Position numbers and translations under genes: made by a program
Part shown: piece by piece, positions 50,403-62,589 of the stretch
Numbering within the stretch: position 1 is the first letter of the stretch
Layout of the letters: each line of letters starts with the position of its first letter
Notes under the pieces: generated by a model
The model's database searches: none
Told to the model about the DNA's origin: nothing
Seen by the model: the letters and a program-made list of their open reading frames with translations, nothing else
NCBI GenBank assembly: GCA_964035545.1
Contig: OZ037768.1
Coordinates: 22,415,319-22,479,318, forward strand
Source of the DNA: Bugula neritina
Lineage: Eukaryota > Animalia > Bryozoa
DNA: 64,000 bases
Reading direction: 5' to 3'

Positions 50403-52090
50403 ATGAGTGGACCAGCTAAAAGTGTATCAACTTTGCTGTTTCAGATCACTGGATTGCCAGAAAAGCCTCAAAAGGAAAAACAGCCTCCTAGTGGCTTCCA
50501 GAGCTTGGCGAGAGAAATTGCATCACACCAACTTGCTTACAGAGAACCAGATATAGGACTGGACTCTAGCATACCATCCCCATCACTAATACCACCACAA
50601 TTACATCATTTGGCAAGCAATGAACTATGTGAAGGCCATGAAGGCTTTATGACTATGAATGAATATAACTCCCCATCTCCCAGGAGAAGACAACCCAGAT
50701 CAAATACTAATTATGCAGACTTATTCCGGGGTAACTCCCCTGAACAGCTGCCATTTGTCAGGCACAAAACAAAAGAACCTTCCAGTATCCAGAACCACTC
50801 AATTACCAGCCAAGACCACCTCAACCTTCTGATGAAAAAGAACCTGAATATTACCATTTTAGAAAGAACGGAAGCACAGAAATAGAGGGGATGAGTATAG
50901 CAGTATGTTAGCCCAACCCTTGAAAAGAAGAGACTACCACAGAACTGAATTGCAAGGACATTACTCTGACAACTCTGAAGATGAATGGCTACCTATAAGG
51001 TCAATGTAATTATAAATTATTATATCTGCTCTAACCCGGTATGTAGACTCAGTGTACCTACGTTTTCAAGAAGTATGAAATACATATTTAAAAGCAATAG
51101 ACTTATTATTCCAATAGAGAAGTTGAAATATACAAAACTACATGAACTAAATATCATAATTTTACATAGATATTGGTCGAAATAAGACATATGTCATAAA
51201 ACATCTGTATAAGGAAGCTACCACAAAGGTGGTAGGTAATACATGCAGCCAAGACAAACAAAAAATCAAATAGATGTTTAACTGCAAAGGTTACTAATTT
51301 TAAATATACATGTATATATGCCCAAATGAATACCGAAGCTCAGGGCACAAGAGAGGACAACCCTCACCTGATTTAGAATTATTACTCCTTCACAAGAGCA
51401 TAACAGACATTTGATAAGAAAAGACAACTCCTGCTTTCCAAGACTCATTGGAAGAAGATGGCCACAGATATCAGAAAGATGACAATCAACACAGAAAAAA
51501 TTTCACCATGAAACAAGCTCCATTACTCCAATTGCACAAACAACACCAGTAAAACAGCAAATCATTACCTGACAAATAAACTTTCGGGTGTGGAGAAATG
51601 GGTCAACTGCCCACAAAGAACTTTATTATGCATTCCAAGGCACTTTCTATTTTTGGTACAAAAGATCTTAGCATTGTACCTTACAGATGGTGCAAAGATA
51701 ACCTACACCAAGATTATCACCAAGCATCCAAGTCTTAAATAAGACTTTTATAGCCTGATACAAGAAATGGACCAAGAATTCAACAATGCAAGAGGTGTGG
51801 TACCCAGTTTTGACTTGAACATTAGAAAAAAGATGGACAGTGAATCAGATGGCAGGTTTTTACTCGACAATATGTGCAATGGCAAAGAGAGCTTACCCTA
51901 GCATCATGCCAGGGACAAGATTATACTGGCTGAATTTGTAAAAGGACTCCTACTACCTTCCAAAGAGGAATGCTGAACAACAGTTATATTACCACTTCTG
52001 ATGAGGCATTTAAAGTTGCACAGGGATATGAACACACTAATCAATTACTACTACAGGATGCTGTCAGTCAAGCGACAATCAGCACAATAT
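50403..52090 (+). mobile_element. Decayed Ty3/Gypsy-type LTR retrotransposon gag remnant, interrupted at ~50998-51320
   Basis: Across frameshifts reads LALYLTDGAKITYTKII..DFYSLIQEMDQEF..RKKMDSES / GFYSTICAMAKRAYPS / RDKIILAEFVKGL / FQRGMLNNSYITTSDEAFKVAQGYE (51668-52033), a retrotransposon capsid pattern. The Pro/Ser-rich ORF 50403-50885 may be its N-terminus. No pol or LTR pair identified. Confidence 0.7.
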
Positions 52091-55000
52091 AGAGTGACAG
52101 TGTATTCACTAGATGTGAAACTAGCTGCGTATGGTAGTGAGGTTATGCATGCACACACTAGGAACAGTTACAAAGCTGCTAGTGTATAACATTTGTGAAA
52201 AATCATCAAAAAAAAATGGTAGGCTATACAAAGCCGTTAGATATGAAGTTATGTGTCCCTGTTGATGAGGTATGGGACTTACTAATGATATTTTAGCTGA
52301 AGGCAACCTATGCAAGAGACTAGAAACTATGGTCTATAGTGGGAGAGATCAATTTCATAGCATTTCTCACTTACTCAATGTTGAATAGCTTAACTGGTAG
52401 GGTGTTCCTAGTCATCAGCTATTCCATAGATGAATGTAAAGTAAAATGTCTCACATCTAACTAAATTTATGGCACTTGGACAAACCCAATACAGCCAAAA
52501 TTTAAAATGCATTAAAAATGTCATTGATGGAGAACTACAGCAATGTCCAAATTGATAAGTCATAATAGCAAGGAAAAAAGAAAATGTGAAGCAGGGGAAA
52601 AAAACAAGAAGTGACAAACTGTCAGAGAGTCAATACAGTATTAGGTAAGAAAACTACTATACTAAACAAACATAGTTAAGGAATGGTTTGTACTGTATTT
52701 AATACTCTCCAATCCAAGTTAATAGTTGTTAAACACATGATATCATGGTTCAGTATTAAAGCATCCAACATAAATCCAACATTTCCATCTGAATTTTAGT
52801 TGACATTGTTAAGTATGTTTTAAAAACCAAACCTTATAAGTACCGCTGAAGAAATACAATCAGCAGCTGAAAGTCAACAAAATGGGGGTGAATTCATTAT
52901 CAACGAATTCAAAACCAGCAAGCTTATGCTTACTAAAGAAGAAAAAGATAGCTATATAGTCTCTTACAATAACAGCTTTTGCATTTATATATTAAATGGG
53001 ACTTATCTGGAGACACTGTGTCTTTACCAGACAAACTACTCAAAGAGTATTTTAATAAATGTAAGTGAAAACATGAGACAAAGGAAAGACGTGTCCAAAT
53101 TGACAGGTGATGATGTATTTTTTCCTTCTCCTACGAGTGTGATAGTATTGGGTTGTTCACTAAAACTACCATGAATGCAGAAGAATGAAATAAATAAACT
53201 TATCGTTTTAATGAGCAAAAAAGCTTCCCAATTAAGAACTTATCCCCAGAAAGAGGTTCATTTACGGCTGTTTTAAAAGCTTAAAAAAAATTAAAAGCAA
53301 AAAAATTTGTTTAAGCAACCGGCAGCTATTGGATTTTGTGACATTAAATATATTAGATGCAAGTGAACATAGAAAAATTAGTCAGCTGTTACAGCTGGGG
53401 TTCTATGACGACTTTATGGGGATTCCTGATTCAGCAAATCGCTTACGGTATAGTTTATAGCATAATTTCTTCAAAAAAGACGATTAAATATATGAAAAAA
53501 TATCCCAAGTTGATAAATGAAGCTTAATTACTAAATATAAAAAAGCTAGTGAATGTTAAAAATTTCACATTGTGGCCTAATTTTATCCTAAAGTTAATTG
53601 AAGTATAAATAAAATATTATGTAACATGGATTGGACTGCATGTGTTGAAGTGCAGTTACACATTTCTAGCTAGTGAATATAAGGCACCTTAGTGCTCAAC
53701 ATTAGATATGAAACTAGCTGTATATGGTAGTGAGGTTATGTATGCACACACATACAAGACTGTTGGTGTCATGTATAAAAACTATTCCAGATCAAGACTT
53801 AGAATACGCCTTCATTGTGGAGCCTGACAAGACACGTTGAGTAACTCATAGAGTTAGCAAGTAATAAAAATTGGAAATATGAGAGAATCTCCATTGAAGA
53901 GCTTTGACAAAGCTACGACAGACCAATCATTGTGATAATGCAGCTATTGGATTTCATATTGACAGCATTTCAGAAAAAACAAGAAATATTTCTACCAAAA
54001 GAAGTAACATCCAATTACTGTTTGTATTCAGAAAAAAATTTGAGTGAAGTATTACAAAAAAAATCAAGAAAAATTAAAATGATCATGTTAGTTTTTCTCT
54101 GTAGTAAATTATTAGATATGAAACTAGCTGTCTATGGTAGTGAGGTTACATATGCACATGCTGGTAACAGCTACAAGACTGTTAGTGTTGTGTATAAAAT
54201 TTGTGAAAAATCATCAAAACAATCAAAGGCTACACAGAGCCTTCAGATATGGAGTCATGCGTCTATTTTGATGAAGCATGGGACTAATGGTATCTTAGCT
54301 AACGTAACTTTTGCAGGAAGAGAGGTCAATTTCATACCATTTGCCACTCACTCCAAATTGAAAAGCTTCGGCTGATATGGTGCTCATAGTCCTCCGCTGT
54401 TCCATAGATGAGTGTACAGCAGAATGTCTTAAATCAAACTACATTTATGTAACTTGTCAGTCGAGCAGCAATGTTGGATTACTTGTATTCTCTTTTGAAT
54501 CCCTATTGCCTAGAGGAAGGAGGCTGAGTTATCACTTTGTGTTACTATTTCATTAAATAGTTGTATTACTATATTCATACTAGGCTTTAGTCAATTAGTA
54601 TTATCTCAAAGTAGTTGTCTTGTTATATTTACATTAGTTTCCTAGTTATTCTCATACTCCTTTTAATCTAATTTTAGTTCACACCAGTTGACTACAAGTA
54701 AAGTGGTCCTGGTGGGAGCTACTAGAGTAGCCGTTAGGTCCTGCCCGACAGTTTGATGAGCCTGTGTGGGGCAAGCTGAGGTGGCGCTTGGTGTGATGCA
54801 GGGGCGGTAGGAGGTCATGAAGGCAGCTTGGAGCTGCCGTCTATTATTTAACAAGCTATTTCGGCAGTTTATTTATTTTTTGTGATTAGTTCAAGATGTC
54901 CATGCCTGGAGAAGGACATGTGGACTCTGGAAGTGTGGCCCAGAGTTCCGTGTGACAAAGAGGAGGTAGGAAGTCATGTGGTCAGCTTGGAGCTGCTGTA

Positions 55001-55872
55001 CTCAAACTAATTATTCTACTAAAGGTAAGTGAAACCATGAGACAATGAGAGACAGGTGTCCAAATTGACAGGTGATAATGTACTAATCTTCTCCCTTCTC
55101 TTACGAGTGTAATGGTATCGGGTTGTTCACTGAAACTACTATAAATGCAGAAAAAAAGATCCATAAAATTATTGCATTTTAATTAGCTGAAACTTTCTAG
55201 CTTGAAGATTTATCCTCAGAAAGAGGTTAATTCACAGCTGTTTTAGAAGCAGAAAAAATAACCTGAAGAAACAATCAACTAGTTTTCTCTGTAGCACTAA
55301 AAAAAAGCTGCAAAGCCCTGGCTGATAAGGTTTTCCTAGTCATCAGCTGGTCTATAAATGAGTGTAAAGTAGAATGTCTTAAATGATCATGCTAGTGCGT
55401 CTCTGATTAGAGATGAAGCTAGCTAGTAACAGTAGTAACAGTTACCAGACTGCCTGAAATTTATGAAATTTCAGTTGATCATAATTGTTATGCTATTCCA
55501 GATCAAGACTTAGAATACGCCTTCATTGTGGAGCGTGAAAAGACATGTTGAGTAACTCATAGAGTTAGCAATTAATAAAAATTGGAAATATAAGAGAATC
55601 TCCATTGAAAAGCTTTGACAAAGCTACAACAGACCAATCATTGTGATAACGCAGCTATTAGATTTCGTATTGACAGCATTTCAGAAAAAGCAGGGAATAT
55701 TTCTACCAAAAAAAGTAACATCCAATCACTGTTTGTATTCAGAAAAACTTTATGAGTGAACAGGTATTACAAAAAATCAAGAAAAATTAAAATGATGATG
55801 CTAGTTTTTCTCTGTAGTAAATTATTAGATATGAAACTAGCTGTCTACGGTAGTGAGGTTATGCCCATATAT

Positions 55873-56115
55873 TTCAGCCTTCAGCTTCAGCCCTGGTGGT
55901 CTAAGACCACCAGGGTTAAAGCCACCATAAGAAGCATCCTTCTCTACCAAAACTCTACAGCCTTCGGGAGGTAGGGCACTGGCCTACACCTCTCCTTTTA
56001 ATATTGAATAGTTTCTCTACACAAAAATAAAATATGAAGTTGGTGAAGACATAGGTCCCAGCTATGGGAGCACTTCTGGCCATAAACTGATGGGAGCTCA
56101 CCAATTCCAGTCAAC
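55873..56115 (-). mobile_element. Possible 3' end of a non-LTR retrotransposon (stem-loop plus short-repeat tail)
   Basis: Perfect 11-bp stem ccctggtggtc-taa-gaccaccaggg (55891-55915) directly followed on the minus strand by gctgaagctgaaggctgaa; inserted where a repeated module breaks off. Confidence 0.4.
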
Positions 56116-56117
56116 CG

Positions 56118-56512
56118 CTGTCAAAAGGTGTAGACATCTGTCCAGGGGTGTAGACATCTGTCAAGGAGTGTAGACATCTGTCCAGGGGTGTAGAAATCTG
56201 TCCAGGGGTGTAGACATCTGTCCAGAGATGTAGACATCTGTCTAGGGGTGTAGACATCAGTCAAAGGTGTAGAAATCTGTCCAGGGGTGTAGACATCTGT
56301 CAAGGAGTGTAGACATCTGTCCAGGGGTGTAGAAATCTGTCCAGGGGTGTAAACATCTGCCAATGGGTGTAGACATCTGTCAAGGAGTGTAGACATCTGT
56401 CCAGGGGTGTAGAAATCTGTCCAGGGGTGTAGACATCTGCCAATGGGTGTAGACATCTGTCAAGGGGTGTAGACCTCTGTCCAGGGGTATGACATCTGTC
56501 CAGGGGTGTAAA
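56118..56512. repeat. 20-bp minisatellite (gtgtagacatctgtccaggg), ~19 copies with variant units
   Basis: Direct tandem copies; explains three overlapping repetitive minus-strand ORFs. Confidence 0.96.
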
Positions 56513-58693
56513 CGACAAAAACGTACAGGAAGATTGTCTAGGCAAGTGTTTCCTGAAGGTGGACTGACCATCCCCTTTGTGTTGTCCTAGCACCTTTAGT
56601 TTCCGGAGAGTAAACGGTGATATAAGTTGTCATCCATAATACTGAACTTTCAGCTAGCATAAATATATTTTAAATTTTGACAAATGGAAATAATAAACTT
56701 TTTAGCTTTTGAAAAACACAAACTTGTTAGCTTACAAGAATTTATTTATAATTAAATAATGTCAAGACTCGGGCTTAGCAACACTCATATAACATCACCA
56801 CTTATTGCATTTGCATAAATTCACGTGGAGTGATGAGTTAAATCAACTGTTAGCGATTAATGGGTGTATTATAGCGTACAAGGTCTTGAAAAGTTCCGAG
56901 AACAGTTTGAGAATGAAACAGAAAATGGCAAAGGAAAAAAGAAAATGTGAAGTTGGTGTAACAAAAAGAAGTGAAAAACAAAATAAACAAGAAAAAATGC
57001 ATAAACTTATCATATTTTAATGAGCCAAAACCTTTTCCAATTGAGGATTTATCCTCAGAAAGAGCTGTTTTAGAAGTAAGAAAAAATCAGAAGAAACAAT
57101 CAACTGGTATTAGACTATGCACCAACTCAATCCAAATTCAGGTAAAGAACCACTGTCAACAAATTTGATTACCGAGAATTGTTTGCATGGTTCCACCTCC
57201 CAAAAAAAGTTCGATTTATTTAAATGATTCTCATCTGAGAACTAGAGTTATGTTGTCAAATACTAGGCTAGTATGCAACACAGGCATCAGCAACACTGCC
57301 AAGTAAGTAATACAATAAAGTAGATGAATGTATTGGTATTGTATACAGGTTTAACTACCTTGATTTTAATTGTTTACCTTGTATGCATTGAATTAGAACC
57401 CTTGATATTTCCATGCTCACTATTATATAAAATCCACGTCCTTGTTTGTTGACCTTTAGCATACAAATTAATCATGTCATATTTCTGACATTCAGTGATA
57501 ACCCTATCAATCAATACAGCGGGACTTTATGTAATAGTAGCCTAGTAGTAGCTAAATACTAGTAGCTTATACACCAGCCAACTTATTTTTCATCTCATCA
57601 GCTTTATATTTATGATGGTGTACTAGACCTTCATGTGTAGTATGCTGATCCGTTAGCTCCCTCAAATGGGCTAGAATTTGTGTGAGAATACAAAATTATC
57701 ATTATATCATCAATTGTTTTACCTAAAGTTATAGACTATCTTTAATATGTAATATCAATTTTCATTTTTATTCACAGCTTATGATAGTTTATAATAAATA
57801 CATACATTTGCAACGATGCCCACACTCAGCTAGTTTTGACCAGCTCATATGCCGTTAAGAAATACGTTATTTATAGTAAATCAACCATTGTTTAGGGAAT
57901 AAAATTACTGCCCCCCTCCCCCCCCCCCCCCCCCATCAATCTAAATGATAATTTGCAGAGCATCCTGGTGATATATCACACCTGCATACTTCAGTGAAAC
58001 TTTGTGCCAATTTGATTAAAAACTCTGCCAAAATTTCAACTTCAATTTCTCACAAATCATACAACTCCAAGTTAAACTTGCTATGACATTTTCACAACAC
58101 TTGGAAGTATTGGCTATGTTATCGTCCAATATTTCATTGCTAGTGCCAGATCAAACCATTGCAAAACAATATCTAGTCATTGAAACATTATAGAAAGTTT
58201 AGATTATAGTCACTTTACCCCTGGTGTGGAAAAATTACAATCAGAGCTTTACAAACCTGAATGTATTCATATTATTCTTCAACTGTATTAGACAAACAAG
58301 ATATTTCTAACATCAAAACCAGCTAGCTTACAATTCAATTAAATAAAACAACCGGATAAGTTAAACTAAAACTAGCAAGCCTAATGCATTGTCTTCACAT
58401 CTTTAAAAGCTTAACCCTGAGAACGGCTGCAAAAATACAAACTAAAACAAGATTTGGACAAGAACAGAACATTACCTGAACTGCAAATTAAACAGACTAT
58501 AATAAAGGCTAAAAACCCTGAGTACTGCAACAATAAAAATTAAAATAAAGATTCAAACCTACCACAAGTAATTGAAAGTATTTCAACAAGCAGAGCATCA
58601 AATAGCACCAAAAACGTATAGCGAGTGAGATTGCATTTACCATCACCGGTTAAACTACACCCGTTACCTGGCTACAGTTGAACTACACTAGAA

Positions 58694-61645
58694 TCACATG
58701 ATCGTAGAAATGTATTCATAACACGCCCACGTGACGGCAGCCATGGCAGTTCTACGCAGGATACGGGGCAAGATCCCAGACACAAAACCTGTGAGTCCAC
58801 CAACCTGCAACAGACAGTGGCTTTTACTAGTACACTCAGTGTATATTACATATTATATGACTCACCCTGTATATATGTAGAATAGAAGATATGACTCACC
58901 CTGTATATATGTAGAATAGAAGATATTACTCACCCTGTATATGTGTAGAATAGAAGATATGACAGGTTTTCTCTCTGTCTGCATGTAAGTTTTGACAACG
59001 TCTGCAGGTTGTGTGAGAATGGAGGCTGAAGTTCCGGCAGCCACACCAGAGGCGAGACACAGAGACAGCTTGACAAGTCCCTCATACCGCTCTACAAGTC
59101 AGTATATGGTAGCATCACCTTCTACACATGATGCAGCTTTAGTTTGAGACGTACTGGAGAGCCCGCAGTGAGTGTCCACAGGCTGTACAGAGACTAAGGC
59201 TAGTCTCACATCACATGCACCACAACAAATCATATTTTACCAGAAATGATGCAAAAATAGTATCAAGTAGTTGAACAATGCAGTTTCTGCTACAATGAAG
59301 AACCTTTAGTATTACAAGTAAAAAGTATAAGACCACTGCTCTACAGTTTACTTAACGCTGAGCGGTCAGAGCTCACATACCTGCAGATACTAATTTCTTG
59401 GCTCTGGTATAGAGCAAGAGATAGAGAGAGCTGAACGGTACGTCCCTTACTAAGGTAGCTAGAACTCCGCTATATAACCCTCTGGGACCTTCTGTTTTGT
59501 AGATAGTCATAAGAGCATTCACTACACCACTGTACTTGTATACCCCCGACTACAAATATAACTACACCACTGTACTTGTATACCTCTGGCTACAAATATA
59601 ACTACACCACTGTACTTGTTTACCCCCCCCCCCGACTACAAATATAACTACACCACTGTACTTGTATACCCCCGGCTACACATATAACTACACCACTGTA
59701 CTTGTATACCCCTGACTACAAATATAACTACACCACTGTACTTATACATCACCTTGGCGACTACAAACATAATTACTAACTTATTCATACAACCCTGAAT
59801 ACAAATATAACCACTACACCATTGTAATTATAAACCTCAGCTTTCCAAATACAATAGGTATATCTCAATACCTATGACACACTTATACCCATGAATATCA
59901 TATTCCTTTATCAGCAGTAATGGCTGATTAATTAAAACGACCAAGAACTAAAATGATGAACTAAAAATCCTTTCTGTAACCCACTGACCTCGAGACGTGT
60001 TTTGATGACTGTGAAGGGAAGCAGAGTGATAACAGATAGAGATCGTGCAGTAGCGCCCATGGTTAATATCTGCAGGCTGGTGGGCGTTGGTGAACTAAAA
60101 CAGCCAATAAGATTCATCCATTTAGCCCAGTAGACTAGCTACGCTCCTTCACTATGACATTCTGCATTTACTCAAAACACTTGAAGTGACACACTGATTC
60201 TAGACCCAATGACAGCTTCATGATTGATGTCTATACTATATGACAGACACAGTATTTACCTTAAATTAGACTGCAAAGCTGTGAGAGTACAGAAATACAG
60301 GCCTAGCCCTGGCACACAGCGGAGTAAAGCCTGAAACACATGGCATAAAATGATTAATTGAAGCATTAGGTGGGTTTGTCATATAAACATAGCATTAAAG
60401 TAAGGTATCCTTTCACCCAGTGGAACAGTTATTCTCAGAAAATCCTACAACATGTTAATTTCAGAAGAAAAAGCAACTTTAAAAAACCAGAATACTGCCT
60501 GATAGAGGAATAACCTACGGGAGTGAGTCCCTTCCACAAGGCAAACACACCTTCATTCTTGACGACATTTCGATATATACTGAGTACTCCCGGAGAGCGC
60601 CCTCTATGTGAAAAGAAACACGACAAGTGAGTGAAGATAAGACTTGAGTTATACTAGGGTTGACTCGAGAAGTGAGTGAGCACTAGACTTGAATTGCAGC
60701 AAGTAATAAGTAATAATAAGTAAGTAATACTTGGATTTAAGTTAGATATCAAGAGTCTGAAAACCAGATACTTGGGGATTGTAACAAGGTGAGTTTAATA
60801 TTAAAATCCTGCCTAAAATTACGTAAAATCTTTCTTACAACTTTCTGTTTAATAGGACAATGAATCGTTCGAAGAAAAATTATCAATATTTCATTCTTTT
60901 GATGAACTTAAAATGGCAATTAATATCTGAATCACAATAATATTACTATGCTTATAATGTAAAAGATATACATGAAAGATAACAGAACATCATAACTTTA
61001 TTCCTATGAAAATAACTGTAAAAATCTTGTGAATTAAAATAGCAAAAGTAGTATCAAAATATACCATAATAAAACAGTAGTGTTAAGAAGTAGTGAATAA
61101 CGAAATGTTTGCCTAAACCGGAATTGGCTACACAACAAAGCCAGTTTCTTTAAGAACACATAAAGTACTGAAACGAGGCCAGACTACCAGCATGTTTCAT
61201 ATTAATAACTGACGGTTGGCTTTGAAAGGAAACATGAAAAAATATCCTCCCTACCCTTGCAGGGTCTTGTCCCTCTGTAGACGAGTTTTCACGAGGTCGA
61301 GAGGCTGTAGTACCACCGTAGAACAAGTTCCGCTGAGAGATCCTGCCACAAAGGACTTTATTAGTGGACTCTACGGAACATAGTGCCAGTTTTGATGGGT
61401 AGCAACAAGGGAGGGGAGGGAATGGATAGCAATATAAGGGGGTAGGGTAGATAACAAAATAAAGGGATAGGGTTCAGTGAACATAAAATTTACTAAAAAA
61501 AATTAGAGATTATGATTTCACTTTCATAGAATGCATCACAATAAAGTCAACCATAAATCAGTGCAATAAATTGAGAATTTGTATGAAAGTTTGCATTTCT
61601 TTGACTGCTCCTTACCATTGCAGTGTCCCCAGTTTGAACACTCAT
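58694..61645 (-). CDS. SLC25A38: Mitochondrial glycine transporter (SLC25 carrier), 8 coding exons, 281 aa
   Basis: Exons (5'->3') 61645-61616, 61370-61255, 60603-60519, 60330-60260, 60094-59989, 59549-59381, 59091-58934, 58804-58694(TGA) join in frame (846 nt). Three carrier signatures ([33 protein letters not shown]) plus [42 protein letters not shown] characteristic of SLC25A38/Hem25. Probable 5'UTR exon ends at 63058 (GTAAGT donor). Confidence 0.92.
58856..58963. repeat. 34-bp tandem repeat x3 containing the SLC25A38 exon 7 end and its donor site
   Basis: ctcaccctgtatatatgtagaatagaagatatga at 58861, 58895, 58929. Confidence 0.92.
59521..59770. repeat. 40-bp tandem repeat x~6 containing the SLC25A38 exon 6 start and its acceptor site
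   Basis: actacaccactgtacttgtatacccccgactacaaatata at 59521, 59561, 59601, 59647, 59687, 59727. Confidence 0.92.
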
Positions 61646-62589
61646 GTCTATAGGTATGTGTATGTTTTCTGTTTGTTCATGCCAGCTGCTCTAAAACATT
61701 ATAATGATTCTATATTATATATCTCAATGTATATCAAGCTATCAACTACATAACCACTAACAAATATTATTGATTTCACAGCTGCAAGTTTGTAAGTTCT
61801 CCGGTATACTTACAGCTAGTGTTTGAAATACTATTACTAATACTAATAGTAAAACTAAAAGTATTCCTATTAGTATTACTATTACTATTAGTGTTAGTAT
61901 TACTATTAGTATTAGTAAATTAGTATCACTATTACATTTACTATTACTATAAGTTAATGTATAACTATAAGTATAGTATTACTACAACTATGTCTATTAC
62001 CCAGTAAATGTAATACTATTAGTTTTACTATTACTATTAGTATTACTATTTACTACCTATTAGAGTATTACTATTAGTATAACTATAACTATAAGTATTA
62101 CTAATGTAGTAAAAAATATTATTAGAGCCATCGAGCAGTACACGTTGCGTCAAGTTGACGGCCCTGAATAACAATATTGTGAATATAGAGACTAGGTCAA
62201 GGTGATTTTTATCGGACTTGCAAGTTAAATCATTCTGGCAATATAATTTAACTAACTCAAAGCTAGGTCAACTAATTTTGATATATTGTGATTGGTTGAT
62301 ACAAGCTGTAATGCTAATTTTATATTAAATTTGTTGAGTTTTATAAAATTTTTGTATGTAAATAATTGGTTGTACTCCAAGACGTCCGTTTTGTGCTCCA
62401 AGACGTCCGTAATATGGATATAAATAGAGTTGTAATTTTTAGTAGCAGTCAGTCGACTGTTGCCTGTTGTAATGTTTATAATTGACTCTTATAAATATAA
62501 TAAATTTTATTCTTTGCGAAATACTCTGCTCTTTGATTAGGTTGCTATTGAGTTGGCAATAGTGGTGGTTAGTTTCTATAGGTTTGTCA

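Larger units (their letters stand above)
45550..57090 (+). pseudogene. Fragmented, multiply duplicated remnants of a long coding sequence, tentatively sacsin-like
   Basis: Stop- and frameshift-riddled + strand translations: GDAKFT (45577), LTSVFHK..DIPP (45662), FSGSMKYIF (45854), LGLGKHVGIDL..LP.NITKY (47036), SLWS..LxELAIV (~47337), FPSPT..GCSLKLP..NEQKSFP (53120-53230). These resemble, in the right order, motifs of the sacsin repeating region. Motif similarity judged by eye only. Confidence 0.4.

Noticed and set aside
54455-55000. GC-richer insert with an internal direct repeat (ggtagga.gtcatg..g.cagcttggagctgc), possible solo LTR
   Set aside because: Could not define TG...CA ends, a TSD or a second copy.
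56121-56593. Repetitive ORFs and a CRISPR-like appearance of the 20-bp array
   Set aside because: Head-to-tail minisatellite with no unique spacers, no cas genes, eukaryotic context.
60405-60413. GTATCCTTT, a perfect U12-type donor motif
   Set aside because: It is on the + strand, antisense to SLC25A38, with no + strand exon; all introns I modelled are ordinary GT-AG.
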